64,000 bases of DNA from Thermoanaerobaculia bacterium (GTDB lineage Bacteria; Acidobacteriota; Thermoanaerobaculia; UBA5066), in NCBI GenBank assembly GCA_963719225.1, contig CAVRAY010000001.1, positions 64,001 to 128,000 of the forward strand, read 5' to 3'. How positions within the stretch are numbered: position 1 is the stretch's first letter; each line of letters begins with the position of its first letter. The position numbers and the translations under genes were made by a program. The notes below the pieces were generated by a model that saw only the letters and a program-made list of their open reading frames with translations, was not told the DNA's origin and did not search any database. Shown here piece after piece: positions 21,603-30,333 of this stretch.

Positions 21603-23780
21603 ATGAAGGTCCGGATCACGCCCTTCCTCGTCCTCGTCCTTCTCTGCGGTGCCGCGCGCGCCGACGAGGGGAAGTGGATGCCGCAGCAGATCCCGCAGCT
21701 CAAGGAGCGCCTCGTGGCGATGGGCTTCCAGGGCGACCCGCAGGCTTTCGCCGATCTCACGGGCCAGCCGATGGGGGCCGTGGTGTTCCTCGGGAACTGC
21801 AGCGCCTCCTTCGTGTCGCCCGATGCCCTCATCGTCACGAACAACCACTGTGTCCAGGGCGCCCTCCAGTTCAACGCGACGCCGGAAAGGAACCTGATGG
21901 AGGACGGCTTCCTCGCGACGACGCGGGACCAGGAGCTCACCGCGGGTCCCGGCTCGCGCGTCTACGTGACGACGTCCGTGAAGGACGTGACGGAGGAGAT
22001 CACCGGCAGGATCGACCCCAAGCTCGGCGACCGCGCGCGATACGACGTCATCGAGAGGCGCGTCAAGGAGCGCACGGCCGCCTGCGAAAAGGACGGCCTG
22101 CGCTGTCGCGTCGCGTCCTTCTTCGAAGGCCTGAAGTACTTCGAGCTCGCGCAGCTGGAGATCCAGGACGTGCGGCTCGTGTACGCGCCGCCGAAGGGCG
22201 TCGGAAACTTCGGGGGCGAAACGGACAACTGGCGCTGGCCGCGCCACACCGGCGACTGGTCGTTCTATCGCGCGTACGTCTCGCCCGCCGGCAAGGCCGT
22301 GCCTTACGCGAAGGAGAACGTCCCCTTCAAGCCGAAGCACTGGCTCAAGGTCTCGCCCGAGGGCGCGGGCCCCGGCGACCTCGTCTTCGTGGCGGGATAC
22401 CCGGGCGCGACGGCCCGCTTCGCCACGTTCGCCGAGACGAAGCAAATCGTGGAATGGTCGTATCCACGGGTCGTGAGGCGGAATCGCGAGCTCATTGCCC
22501 TTCTCGACGAGGTTGGGAAGACGAGCAAGGAGACCGAGATCCGGGTCGCGACGAGGAAGCGCGGACTTCACAACACGCTCACGAACCGCGAAGGCGTTCT
22601 CGAGGGATTCCAGAGGGGCGGCCTCCTCGCGAAGAAGGAGTCGCTCGAGAAGGAGCTCGCGGCGTGGATCGCCGCGGAACCGGCGCGCCGGGAAAAGTAC
22701 GGCGACGTCCTTCCGGGATTGAATGCGCTTCGGGCGGAGGAGGCGAAGACCCGCGAGCGTGACGTCACGCTCGCCGCCCTCCTCGACAACGGCAGCGTGC
22801 TCCTGCCGGCGGCCCATACGCTCTACGAGCTGTCGCTCGAGCGGCCGAAGAAGGACCTCGACCGCGAGCCCGAGTACCAGGAGCGCAACTGGAGCCGCAT
22901 CCGCCAGGCGCAGGACCGCTTGCAGCGCTCGTACGACCCGGCCGCGGACCGCGCCCTCCTCAAGTACCTCCTCGTCGAGGCGTCGAAGCTGCCTGCCGAC
23001 CAGCGCCTGGAAGCGCTGGACAGGGAAGTCGCCGTCGCGGGGGGGATCGACCGTCTTTGCGACCGACTCTTCAAGGACACGAAGCTCGGTGACAAGGCGA
23101 CCCGGCTCGCGCTCCTCGACAAGACCACGGCCGAGCTCCTCGCGACGAAGGACCCGATGATCGCGCTCGCGGCGGCTCTGGAGCCGGCGTTTCAGGCCAG
23201 GCGCAACAGCATGAAGGTCCGCGGGGGGACTCTCTCGCGGCTCGGCGCGCGCCACGCCGAGGCCATCCTCGAGAAGAGCGGCGGTCTCGCCGCGCCCGAC
23301 GCGAATGCCACGCTTCGCGTGACGTACGGGCGCGTCCTCGGCGTCTCACCCCGCGACGGGCTCGTCTATCTCCCGCAGACGACTCTCGCGGGTGTCGCCG
23401 ACAAAGCGACCGGCACGGGCGACTTCGCCGCTCCGAAGAAGGAGCTCGACGCGATCGCCGCGCGAAAAGCCGGGAAGAGGACTCCGTACGCCGACGCGAA
23501 GCTCGGCGACGTGCCGGTGAACTTCCTCTCGACCGTCGACATCACGGGCGGCAACTCGGGGTCCGCCACGCTCAACGGGAAGGGCGAGCTGTGCGGCCTC
23601 GTCTTCGACGGCACGTACGACACGGTTTCCTCGGATCTCATCTTCGACACGGAGAAGACGCGCGCCATTCACGTCGACAGCCGGTACATGCTCTGGGCGA
23701 TGTCCGAGGTCGACGGCGCGACGAATCTCCTGAAAGAGATGGGCGAAGCCCCGAGTCTGGACGTCCACACGGCCCGCTGA
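21603..23780 (+). CDS. S46 family dipeptidyl peptidase, copy 2
   Basis: ADEGKWMP, TNNHC, PRHTGDW, DITGGNSGS, FDG; tandem paralog of the preceding gene. Confidence 0.93.
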   Translation: MKVRITPFLVLVLLCGAARADEGKWMPQQIPQLKERLVAMGFQGDPQAFADLTGQPMGAVVFLGNCSASFVSPDALIVTNNHCVQGALQFNATPERNLMEDGFLATTRDQELTAGPGSRVYVTTSVKDVTEEITGRIDPKLGDRARYDVIERRVKERTAACEKDGLRCRVASFFEGLKYFELAQLEIQDVRLVYAPPKGVGNFGGETDNWRWPRHTGDWSFYRAYVSPAGKAVPYAKENVPFKPKHWLKVSPEGAGPGDLVFVAGYPGATARFATFAETKQIVEWSYPRVVRRNRELIALLDEVGKTSKETEIRVATRKRGLHNTLTNREGVLEGFQRGGLLAKKESLEKELAAWIAAEPARREKYGDVLPGLNALRAEEAKTRERDVTLAALLDNGSVLLPAAHTLYELSLERPKKDLDREPEYQERNWSRIRQAQDRLQRSYDPAADRALLKYLLVEASKLPADQRLEALDREVAVAGGIDRLCDRLFKDTKLGDKATRLALLDKTTAELLATKDPMIALAAALEPAFQARRNSMKVRGGTLSRLGARHAEAILEKSGGLAAPDANATLRVTYGRVLGVSPRDGLVYLPQTTLAGVADKATGTGDFAAPKKELDAIAARKAGKRTPYADAKLGDVPVNFLSTVDITGGNSGSATLNGKGELCGLVFDGTYDTVSSDLIFDTEKTRAIHVDSRYMLWAMSEVDGATNLLKEMGEAPSLDVHTAR

Positions 23781-23893
23781 GGACGCCAGCCGGTCTGCCG
23801 CGAGGACCTCGGCGTTTCCAACGCCGTGGCCCAGATGGTCAGCTCCGCAAGATGGTCCTCGAGAGCAACCTCACGCGAGGCCGACTTTTCTTC

Positions 23894-23909
23894 CGGCACG
23901 GCGGATGCT
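23894..23909 (+). promoter_or_regulatory. sigma54 (-24/-12) promoter
   Basis: CGGCACGGCGGATGCT = GG-N10-GC with GGCACG core, upstream of GGAGG SD and ATG 23934. Confidence 0.6.
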
Positions 23910-23933
23910 TCACCTCGGCGTGGAGGTGACGGG

Positions 23934-24083
23934 ATGATCCGGAAGCTGAAATCAGGCGGTTACCGGCTTTACTCGCGCAAGAAGAACCCTAAAACGGGCC
24001 GGCGGAGGAATCTGGGCACGTTTTCGACGCTCGCCGCTGCAAAAAAGCACGAGCGCGCCGTCCAGTTCTTCAAGCGCGCCTGA
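23934..24083 (+). CDS. Small highly basic hypothetical protein (49 aa)
   Basis: GGAGG SD; MIRKLKSGGYRLYSRKKNPKTGRRRNLGTFSTLAAAKKHERAVQFFKRA. Confidence 0.75.
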   Translation: MIRKLKSGGYRLYSRKKNPKTGRRRNLGTFSTLAAAKKHERAVQFFKRA

Positions 24084-24138
24084 TCCCCGCGGCGCGGGGA
24101 AGGGGGGAACGCCGGCCTCGTCGCGCGGGATCCCGTTC

Positions 24139-24167
24139 ATCTTGGCGAGCCAAGATATGACTATAAT
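24139..24167 (+). promoter_or_regulatory. TA operator palindrome and -10 box
   Basis: Perfect IR ATCTTGGC-GA-GCCAAGAT (24139-24156) and TATAAT (24162-24167) 6 nt before the antitoxin ATG. Confidence 0.7.
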
Positions 24168-24173
24168 GGCGCA

Positions 24174-24464
24174 ATGAAGAACGCCACTATTTCCAAGTTG
24201 CGGGATTCGCTCTCGGAGTACCTCGCTCGGGTGCGCCGAGGGGAGACGGTCATCGTCTTCGACCGAGACACGCCGATTGCCCGCATCGAGCCGATCGGGG
24301 CGGCCGCCGCGTTGCCCGAGTGGCTCCGCGAAGCGGAACGGCGCGGCATCGTTCGCCCCCCGCGCTTGCGACGTCCGGCGCGGATCCCACTTCCGCCACC
24401 GAAGCAAGCCAGGCCGGCCCGGGTTCTCGACGCCCTCCTCGAGGAAAGGCGCAGCGGTCGATGA
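24174..24464 (+). CDS. Phd/YefM family antitoxin
   Basis: ISKLRDSLSEYLARVRRGETVIVFDRDTPIARIEP; ATGA overlap with toxin. Confidence 0.88.
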   Translation: MKNATISKLRDSLSEYLARVRRGETVIVFDRDTPIARIEPIGAAAALPEWLREAERRGIVRPPRLRRPARIPLPPPKQARPARVLDALLEERRSGR

Positions 24465-24883
24465 AATTCTGGGACTCTTCGGCGATCGTGCCTCTTGTCG
24501 TGAGCGACGCTGCCACGCCGGGGGTGTCCGCCCTCTTTCGGCAGGACCCGGGACAGATCGTCTGGTGCCTGACCGAGGTCGAAGTTCACTCCGCGCTGGC
24601 GCGCCGCGACCGAGAGGGCAGCCTCGAAAAGGGACCGGGCGCCACGGCGCGAGAATCGCTCGTCGAGCTCGCCCGGAGCTGGGAGGAAGTCGTCGTTCTC
24701 GACGCCGTTCGTTCCCGTGCGATCCGTCTCTTGAGAGCCCATCCGCTGCGCGCGGCCGACGCGCTGCAGCTCGCCGCGGCACTCGTCGTATCGGAAGAAA
24801 GGCCGGAAAGCCTTCCCTTCGTCTCCCTGGACGATCGCCTGAGCGATGCCGCCCGCAAGGAAGGCTTCCCTGTCCTTCCCTAG
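24461..24883 (+). CDS. vapC: VapC-type PIN domain toxin
   Basis: MKFWDSSA, TEVE, LRAADALQLAAA, SLDDRL acidic PIN motifs. Confidence 0.88.
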   Translation: MKFWDSSAIVPLVVSDAATPGVSALFRQDPGQIVWCLTEVEVHSALARRDREGSLEKGPGATARESLVELARSWEEVVVLDAVRSRAIRLLRAHPLRAADALQLAAALVVSEERPESLPFVSLDDRLSDAARKEGFPVLP

Positions 24884-25994
24884 CGCCCCACCGGCACCCG
24901 GGGCGCGTCCGCTTCAGTCGACGGGCGCCAAGCTTTCCTTCTTGGCTCTGTTGCTCGTTCTGGAAGGTTGCGAACGAGGATCTGGAGCCGCGGACCGGTC
25001 CCTGAAGCAGCCTGGAGAGCAGGGTGCCGATGGCTGGGAGGAGATCCAAATAGGGACGGACGCGGTCTTCAACGGCCTCCACTTCGTGGACGCGGAGGTC
25101 GGGTGGATCGTGGGCGGAAGCCCGTTCGTCTCCGGCGGCATCGTGGGTCGGACGGAGGACGGCGGGAGGACGTGGAGGTACCACACGGGGGTGGCGGGGA
25201 TCCGGCGCTCCTCCTACTCGGTGAACGCGATACACGCCTTCGACCGGGAGCGGGCCTGCGCCGCGGCCGACGACGGGATCCTCCTTACGTCCGACGGCGG
25301 CGAGACCTGGCGCTCGGCCCGCCACGGCACGGGAAACAGAACTCACCTCTTCGGCATGGACTTTCTCGACGACCGTGAAGGTTGGGCGGCGGGACTCGGC
25401 GGCGTGTGGCATACGACCGACGCCGGCGAGAGCTGGAGCGCTCTCGGCGAGGAATCTGCGGGCTCGGGCGGAAGCGTGGGAGGACGCGCCCTTCACTTCG
25501 TCGACTCGCGGAACGGCTGGCTCGCGGGGCAGCACGCGAACTTCTGGCGCACGCGGGACGGAGGCGAGACCTGGGCGCGCGTCCCTCTTCCCCAGCCGGA
25601 GAAAGCGCCCGAGCACCCGCCGTTCCTCTTCGGAATGACTTGGGTAAACGCCTCCGAGGGCTGGGTCGTGGGGGAGTTCGGGACGATCCTCCACACGTCG
25701 GACGGCGGGGACTCGTGGACGCTTCAGAACGCCGGCACGCGCGAGGCCTTCCTGACGGCCGTGCAGTTCGTGAGCCGCTCGGGCTGGATCGTGGGCTTCG
25801 TGCCCGACAAGGCCCGGTCGATCGTGTGGCACTCCGCCGACGCGGGAGTCACCTGGTCCGAGGAGCGGCGGCTGGAGGGGGAAGAGCTGCGCACTCTCCA
25901 GATGCTCGACGCGGACACGGGCTGGACGGTGGGCGATCGCGTGAGGACGGAGCCGCAGCGGATGCTCCGGCGCACGCGGCGTCCCGACCGATAG
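24846..25994 (+). CDS. YCF48/BNR-repeat beta-propeller lipoprotein (true start uncertain, probably downstream of 24883)
   Basis: Repeated TxDGGxTW Asp-box motifs; LEGC lipobox-like. Confidence 0.8.
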   Translation: MPPARKASLSFPSAPPAPGARPLQSTGAKLSFLALLLVLEGCERGSGAADRSLKQPGEQGADGWEEIQIGTDAVFNGLHFVDAEVGWIVGGSPFVSGGIVGRTEDGGRTWRYHTGVAGIRRSSYSVNAIHAFDRERACAAADDGILLTSDGGETWRSARHGTGNRTHLFGMDFLDDREGWAAGLGGVWHTTDAGESWSALGEESAGSGGSVGGRALHFVDSRNGWLAGQHANFWRTRDGGETWARVPLPQPEKAPEHPPFLFGMTWVNASEGWVVGEFGTILHTSDGGDSWTLQNAGTREAFLTAVQFVSRSGWIVGFVPDKARSIVWHSADAGVTWSEERRLEGEELRTLQMLDADTGWTVGDRVRTEPQRMLRRTRRPDR

Positions 25995-25998
25995 GGGC

Positions 25999-27684
25999 CT
26001 ATTCCGAAAAGCGGATCGAGCGGACCAGCGCGTCGAGGGGCCCCTTCGTCTCCTCGACGGTGCCCTGCACGGATCCCGCCGCGAGGAGCCTCCCCGCGTT
26101 CACGAAGAGGATCGTGCGCTTGTGAAACACGTGGCTCAGGGGATCCCACGTGTCGACCGCGAGCGCTTCCTTCGAGCCGATCTTCATCCGTGTCCGTCCG
26201 GCGATTTCCCGGCGTCGCGCCTCGTGGTCGAAGAGGCGCAGGGCGCGCTGGACGACGGCCTCGTCTTCGATCCCGCTCCCAGCCGCGACTTCGCCTCCGT
26301 CGACGAAGAGGAGTCTCGCTTCGCCGTGCCGGAGCTCCTGGCGTTCCCCGTAATCGATGCGCTCCCAGCCGCGGGGGATGCGCACGGTCACGCGGTGCTC
26401 TCCGACCCGGAGCTGGGTCGTGTCGCCGCCGGCCGGCTCTGCGCGGGGAGTCTCCTCGATCGTCATTCGGGAGGCATCGTCGCCCGCGGCCGGGAAGGTC
26501 ACGGAGGCGACGAGGTTCTCGAGGACGGGGAGGTCCGCCCCGCGTCCGAGAAAAGTGAACACGAACGCGTGGCCGCCGGCGACAGTGAAGAACTCGCGAC
26601 CGCGGTGCTGCATGGACCGCTCGCGAAGCGTGTAGTCCGTCTGGAAGGCCGGAAGCCCCGCGACGACCGTGCGCACCGGCTCTCGGACCGTCACCGAGTC
26701 CGCGGAACGGAATTGCTCGCGCGTCAGACGGAAGCGCGGGAGGACCTCCTCGGCGTCGTTCGGGGCCGTTTCCAGCGCCGCCTCGGCCACGACGATGCGG
26801 CTCGGAGGGACCGCGTAGCGCGTAAACGAAACGCCTTTCCGGCCGCCTTCCGCATGACGCTCGCGCGTCCAGCTCCCCCTGGGGGGCGAAAAGGCGATCG
26901 GCTGGCTCCCCCACCGGAAAGTCTCGCTCGGTTCGGGGGCCGACGTCTCGGAAACGCCTGTCGCAGGCGGCGGCGCGTGTGTGCGGCTTTTCGAAAAGAA
27001 GAACGCACCGCCGGCGATCAGGATGGCCGCCCCCGCGCCGGCGAAAAGGAAATTGAGCGGGTCGGCGGCCCCCGTCTGTCGATCTCCCGGCACGGTCACG
27101 TAGTCGCGGATGCTCGGATGCCGGAGAAGGCTCATGGCGAGAATCAACGGAATGGACTGGATCGCGAGGCCGATGCCGGCAGCCGCCCGGAGAAGGGCGA
27201 TTGCGTTCCCGGCGTCCTGGTCGGTCTGCTCGAGGCCGGAGGCCGGAGCGGCCGCGATCGCGACGGACCGCGTGGCGTGGAAAACGGACAGGCCGATGGC
27301 GAGGAGGCCGACGAAAACGAGCAGTGCGCGGGACCAGGGCTTTCGGCGCAGCAGAGAGACGGCGCCGACGACGCCGAGCGCCGCAACGAGAAGGAGAGGG
27401 CCCGCGAGGTTTCGCTCCAGCGCCGTGCGCTTCTCGCGTTGCGCGAGGAGCTGTCGCATTTCGTCGGTGACGAGATCGGGAGCCGCCGCCGCCACGCGCG
27501 CCGTCGTGTCCGTGTCGCTGAGCCGGGAAGACGCGGCCGCATTTCCGAGAACGAAGAGCGCGCGCAGGCCGGCGAAGCCGGAAAGGAGCAGCCAGAGGAC
27601 GACCAGGACGGTCACGAGAATCGGGCGGGGGTCGGCACGGGCCGGGCGCGACGTCGCCGGTCTCGCCTCGCCCGTCGTTTCCAT
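25999..27684 (-). CDS. Hypothetical membrane protein (TM N-terminus, two soluble C-terminal domains)
   Basis: Long ORF with high-GC codon bias; ~5 TM segments followed by PsbP-like-looking domains. Confidence 0.6.
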   Translation of the reverse strand: METTGEARPATSRPARADPRPILVTVLVVLWLLLSGFAGLRALFVLGNAAASSRLSDTDTTARVAAAAPDLVTDEMRQLLAQREKRTALERNLAGPLLLVAALGVVGAVSLLRRKPWSRALLVFVGLLAIGLSVFHATRSVAIAAAPASGLEQTDQDAGNAIALLRAAAGIGLAIQSIPLILAMSLLRHPSIRDYVTVPGDRQTGAADPLNFLFAGAGAAILIAGGAFFFSKSRTHAPPPATGVSETSAPEPSETFRWGSQPIAFSPPRGSWTRERHAEGGRKGVSFTRYAVPPSRIVVAEAALETAPNDAEEVLPRFRLTREQFRSADSVTVREPVRTVVAGLPAFQTDYTLRERSMQHRGREFFTVAGGHAFVFTFLGRGADLPVLENLVASVTFPAAGDDASRMTIEETPRAEPAGGDTTQLRVGEHRVTVRIPRGWERIDYGERQELRHGEARLLFVDGGEVAAGSGIEDEAVVQRALRLFDHEARRREIAGRTRMKIGSKEALAVDTWDPLSHVFHKRTILFVNAGRLLAAGSVQGTVEETKGPLDALVRSIRFSE

Positions 27685-27772
27685 GAAACTCAAGTTATCA
27701 GACCTGTGCCTCTCGCCGGCGAAACGGCGTTACTGTCCGCCTATTTTCGGCGGCCGCGAAGCGGCTTGCCGA

Positions 27773-28867
27773 CTAGCGGGTGATCGAGGCGAAGAGGACG
27801 AGAAGGAGCACGGCAGCAACGATCGCGAGTCCGATCTTGACCCACGACCATGGCGCGCTGCCGGCCGTCTTCCCGGTGACGCCGTTCACGAGGAAGCGGT
27901 AGGGCTTGCCCGCGTACTGGTAAGCCGCGATCCAGACGGGTAAGAGCCCGTTCTTGTACGCGAGGCCCGACCACGCCGTACGGACCTGCAGATTGCGGAA
28001 TCGGTCCCCGGGCACTTCGTTTCCGCCGGCGGCGTAAAGCTCCTGTGTCATGCGCTGCTGCGCGGATAAGAGCGCCTCTTTCGGCCCGACCGCGTACTCC
28101 TCGGCGAGGAAGCCCGAGAGGTACGACGGCTCGTACGGGATGAGCCCGCCCGTCGGGAACGGCTCGACCGCGCGCGCGAGGTCGGGAGGCAGACCCCGCG
28201 AGGCCGCGACGGGCACGTCGTCGAAGAAGTGCTCGAGCACGCCCTCGGCCGGTTCCCACCGCGTGCGCGTTTCCTGGCGCGTCACCCACTTGCCGTTCTC
28301 CTCGACCTGAACCGAGACCTGGTAGTCGTAACCTGCCTCCGCCGTCCACGCCGAATGCGTCGCGGCGTCGAACGTCCAGAACGGGACGTAGACGCCTTTC
28401 AGCTCGGACAACGCGGATTTCTGCGAGAGATCGTCCGGCCGGAACCACAAGCCCGTGAGCCATTGGCGGAACTTTCCGGCTGCGCCGTCCCGGTCCACCT
28501 GAAACGGGAGTAGACCTTCGGGCCGCACCATCGCCTCGTTCGCCGGCGCCTCGACGACCGAAGGCGCGCCGCAGAAAGCGCAGCGTGACGCCGCAATCCC
28601 CGAATCGAACGTCGTCGTCGCGCCGCAGCCCCGGCACGTGACGGCCTTGCGCGCCAGACCCCAGCCGAGGTCCGACGCACCCTTGAGCGCGTCTTCGATC
28701 GGTCGCTCGATCACCTCGCCCGGCGCTTTCGGAAGGTCCTCCTTCGCGCCACAGTACGGGCACGTGAGTGCCGCCGCACCGGGGCTCCACACCACGTCCG
28801 CCCCGCACGCGGCGCATGGAAATTTCCGGAGCTTCGCCGGAGCGGCCGGCGCCGCGCCTAATTCCAT
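27773..28867 (-). CDS. Double zinc-ribbon membrane protein (YdjG-like)
   Basis: CAACG, CPYCG, CRGCG, CAFCG; YVPFWTFD; LLPVW; VNGVTG; C-terminal TM. Confidence 0.8.
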   Translation of the reverse strand: MELGAAPAAPAKLRKFPCAACGADVVWSPGAAALTCPYCGAKEDLPKAPGEVIERPIEDALKGASDLGWGLARKAVTCRGCGATTTFDSGIAASRCAFCGAPSVVEAPANEAMVRPEGLLPFQVDRDGAAGKFRQWLTGLWFRPDDLSQKSALSELKGVYVPFWTFDAATHSAWTAEAGYDYQVSVQVEENGKWVTRQETRTRWEPAEGVLEHFFDDVPVAASRGLPPDLARAVEPFPTGGLIPYEPSYLSGFLAEEYAVGPKEALLSAQQRMTQELYAAGGNEVPGDRFRNLQVRTAWSGLAYKNGLLPVWIAAYQYAGKPYRFLVNGVTGKTAGSAPWSWVKIGLAIVAAVLLLVLFASITR

Positions 28868-28880
28868 TTCGGATTACACG

Positions 28881-30029
28881 TCAGCGCGCGGGCGGAGGCG
28901 GCGGCGCCGTGGGCGGAGGCGGAGCCGACGAGCCGGAGAACTCCTCGAACGTCGAGAGCGGCGCCCATCCGGCGGCGCCGGGCTTCCACGCGAGGGTTGC
29001 GGGAGCGACCTGGCCGGCGGCCACCATGCCCTTCAAAGCATCGTCCGTGTACGGGCCGTAGGTCTTGCCGTCGATCGTGACCGACCAGCGCGGTGCGGCG
29101 AAGCCCAGCCCCGCGGGAGGCGGCGGAGCGCCCGGCGCGGGCGGAGGTCCTCCCATGCCGCTGGCCAGAGCGCCGCCCATCATCCCGCCCATTGCGATGC
29201 CCGCGCCGATCCCGACGCCGGCGCCGGCGGCGCCGCCCGGGTTCGCGGCCGCGATCTTCATCGCGTCCGCGGCCTGGAGCTGCGTGTACTGGCCCATCCG
29301 GTCGCCGAGGACGCCCAGCTTCGTGCGCTGGTCGATCGCGGCCTCGACCTCTTCGGGCAGCGAGACGTTCTCGATGAAGAACTTCGAGAGCTCGAGGCCG
29401 TACGCGGCGAACTCGGGCCCGAGAATCTGCCGGGCCTGCGCGGAGAGCTCGTCGTACTTGGACGCGATGTCGAGAGCGGAGACCTTCGCCTCTGCGATCG
29501 CGTCGGAGAGGCGCGAGAGAATCGTCGAACGCAGCTGCCCCGTGATCTCGTCGGTCGTCGTGAGGCCCTGCGTTCCGACGATCGTCGCGAAGAACGCCTT
29601 GGGATCGGAGATCTTCATCGCGTACGTGCCGAACGCGCGCAGGCGGATCATCCCGAACTCGGCGTCGCGCATCATCACGGGGTTCGTCGTGCCCCACTTC
29701 AGGTCCGTGAAGAAACGCATGTTGAAGAAGTAGACCTCGGCCTTGAACGGCGACTGGAAGCCGTACTTCCACCCCCGCAGCGTCGTGAGGATCGGGAGGT
29801 TCTGCGTCGTGAGCTGGAAGCGGCCCGGCCCGAAGAGATCGGCCGCCTTTCCCTCGTTGATGAAGAGCGCGGCCTGGTTCTCGCGGACCGTGAGCTGCGC
29901 GTTCATCTTGATTTCCTGGTTGTAGACCGGGAACCGGTAGACGAGCGAGTCGTTCGTGTCGTCGAGCCACTGGAGGATCTCGATGAACTGCGAGCCCATC
30001 TGCTGTTTGATGTTGTCGAGCAGGCCCAT
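28881..30029 (-). CDS. SPFH domain protein (YdjI-like) with C-terminal GYF_2 domain
   Basis: LTVRENQAA, SPFKAEVYF, KWGT, LRAFG; WSVTIDGKTYGPY..LAWKPG..GW (GYF_2). Confidence 0.85.
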   Translation of the reverse strand: MGLLDNIKQQMGSQFIEILQWLDDTNDSLVYRFPVYNQEIKMNAQLTVRENQAALFINEGKAADLFGPGRFQLTTQNLPILTTLRGWKYGFQSPFKAEVYFFNMRFFTDLKWGTTNPVMMRDAEFGMIRLRAFGTYAMKISDPKAFFATIVGTQGLTTTDEITGQLRSTILSRLSDAIAEAKVSALDIASKYDELSAQARQILGPEFAAYGLELSKFFIENVSLPEEVEAAIDQRTKLGVLGDRMGQYTQLQAADAMKIAAANPGGAAGAGVGIGAGIAMGGMMGGALASGMGGPPPAPGAPPPPAGLGFAAPRWSVTIDGKTYGPYTDDALKGMVAAGQVAPATLAWKPGAAGWAPLSTFEEFSGSSAPPPPTAPPPPPAR

Positions 30030-30066
30030 GGACGAACCTCCTTGGAGTGAAAGCGGCTGATCCAGT

Positions 30067-30333
30067 CTATCCAATGATACGGATCCGGAGGGGTACGGGT
30101 TCAAGCCTCATCCGGAAGGACTTACGGGATTCCCAGCGGTGAAACGGGGCGTCCACGTCCGTGCCCGTGTTCGCGACCATCTCGATCTTCCCGATCTGGA
30201 ACGTCGTGCCGCCCGCGTAAAGCGGACGGGAGGCCTCACGGCTGAGGTGGTCTTTGACGACCGGGCCGGGCAGGCCCTTGTACGTGACCATGCCCGCCTC
30301 GACCGTGTGGCTGAGGTCGAGAAGGCTCGCCAT
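30067..30333 (-). pseudogene. Truncated cyclase/kynurenine formamidase family gene
   Basis: DLSHTV..YKGLPGP..NTGTDVDAPFHR, then homology stops after ~67 aa. Confidence 0.7.

Noticed and set aside
23781-23890. Possible gene remnant after the second S46 gene
   Set aside because: Looks coding-like but no family recognisable; unsupported without a search
24846-25994. Photosystem II assembly factor
   Set aside because: The YCF48-like propeller is widespread in non-phototrophs; no photosynthesis genes present
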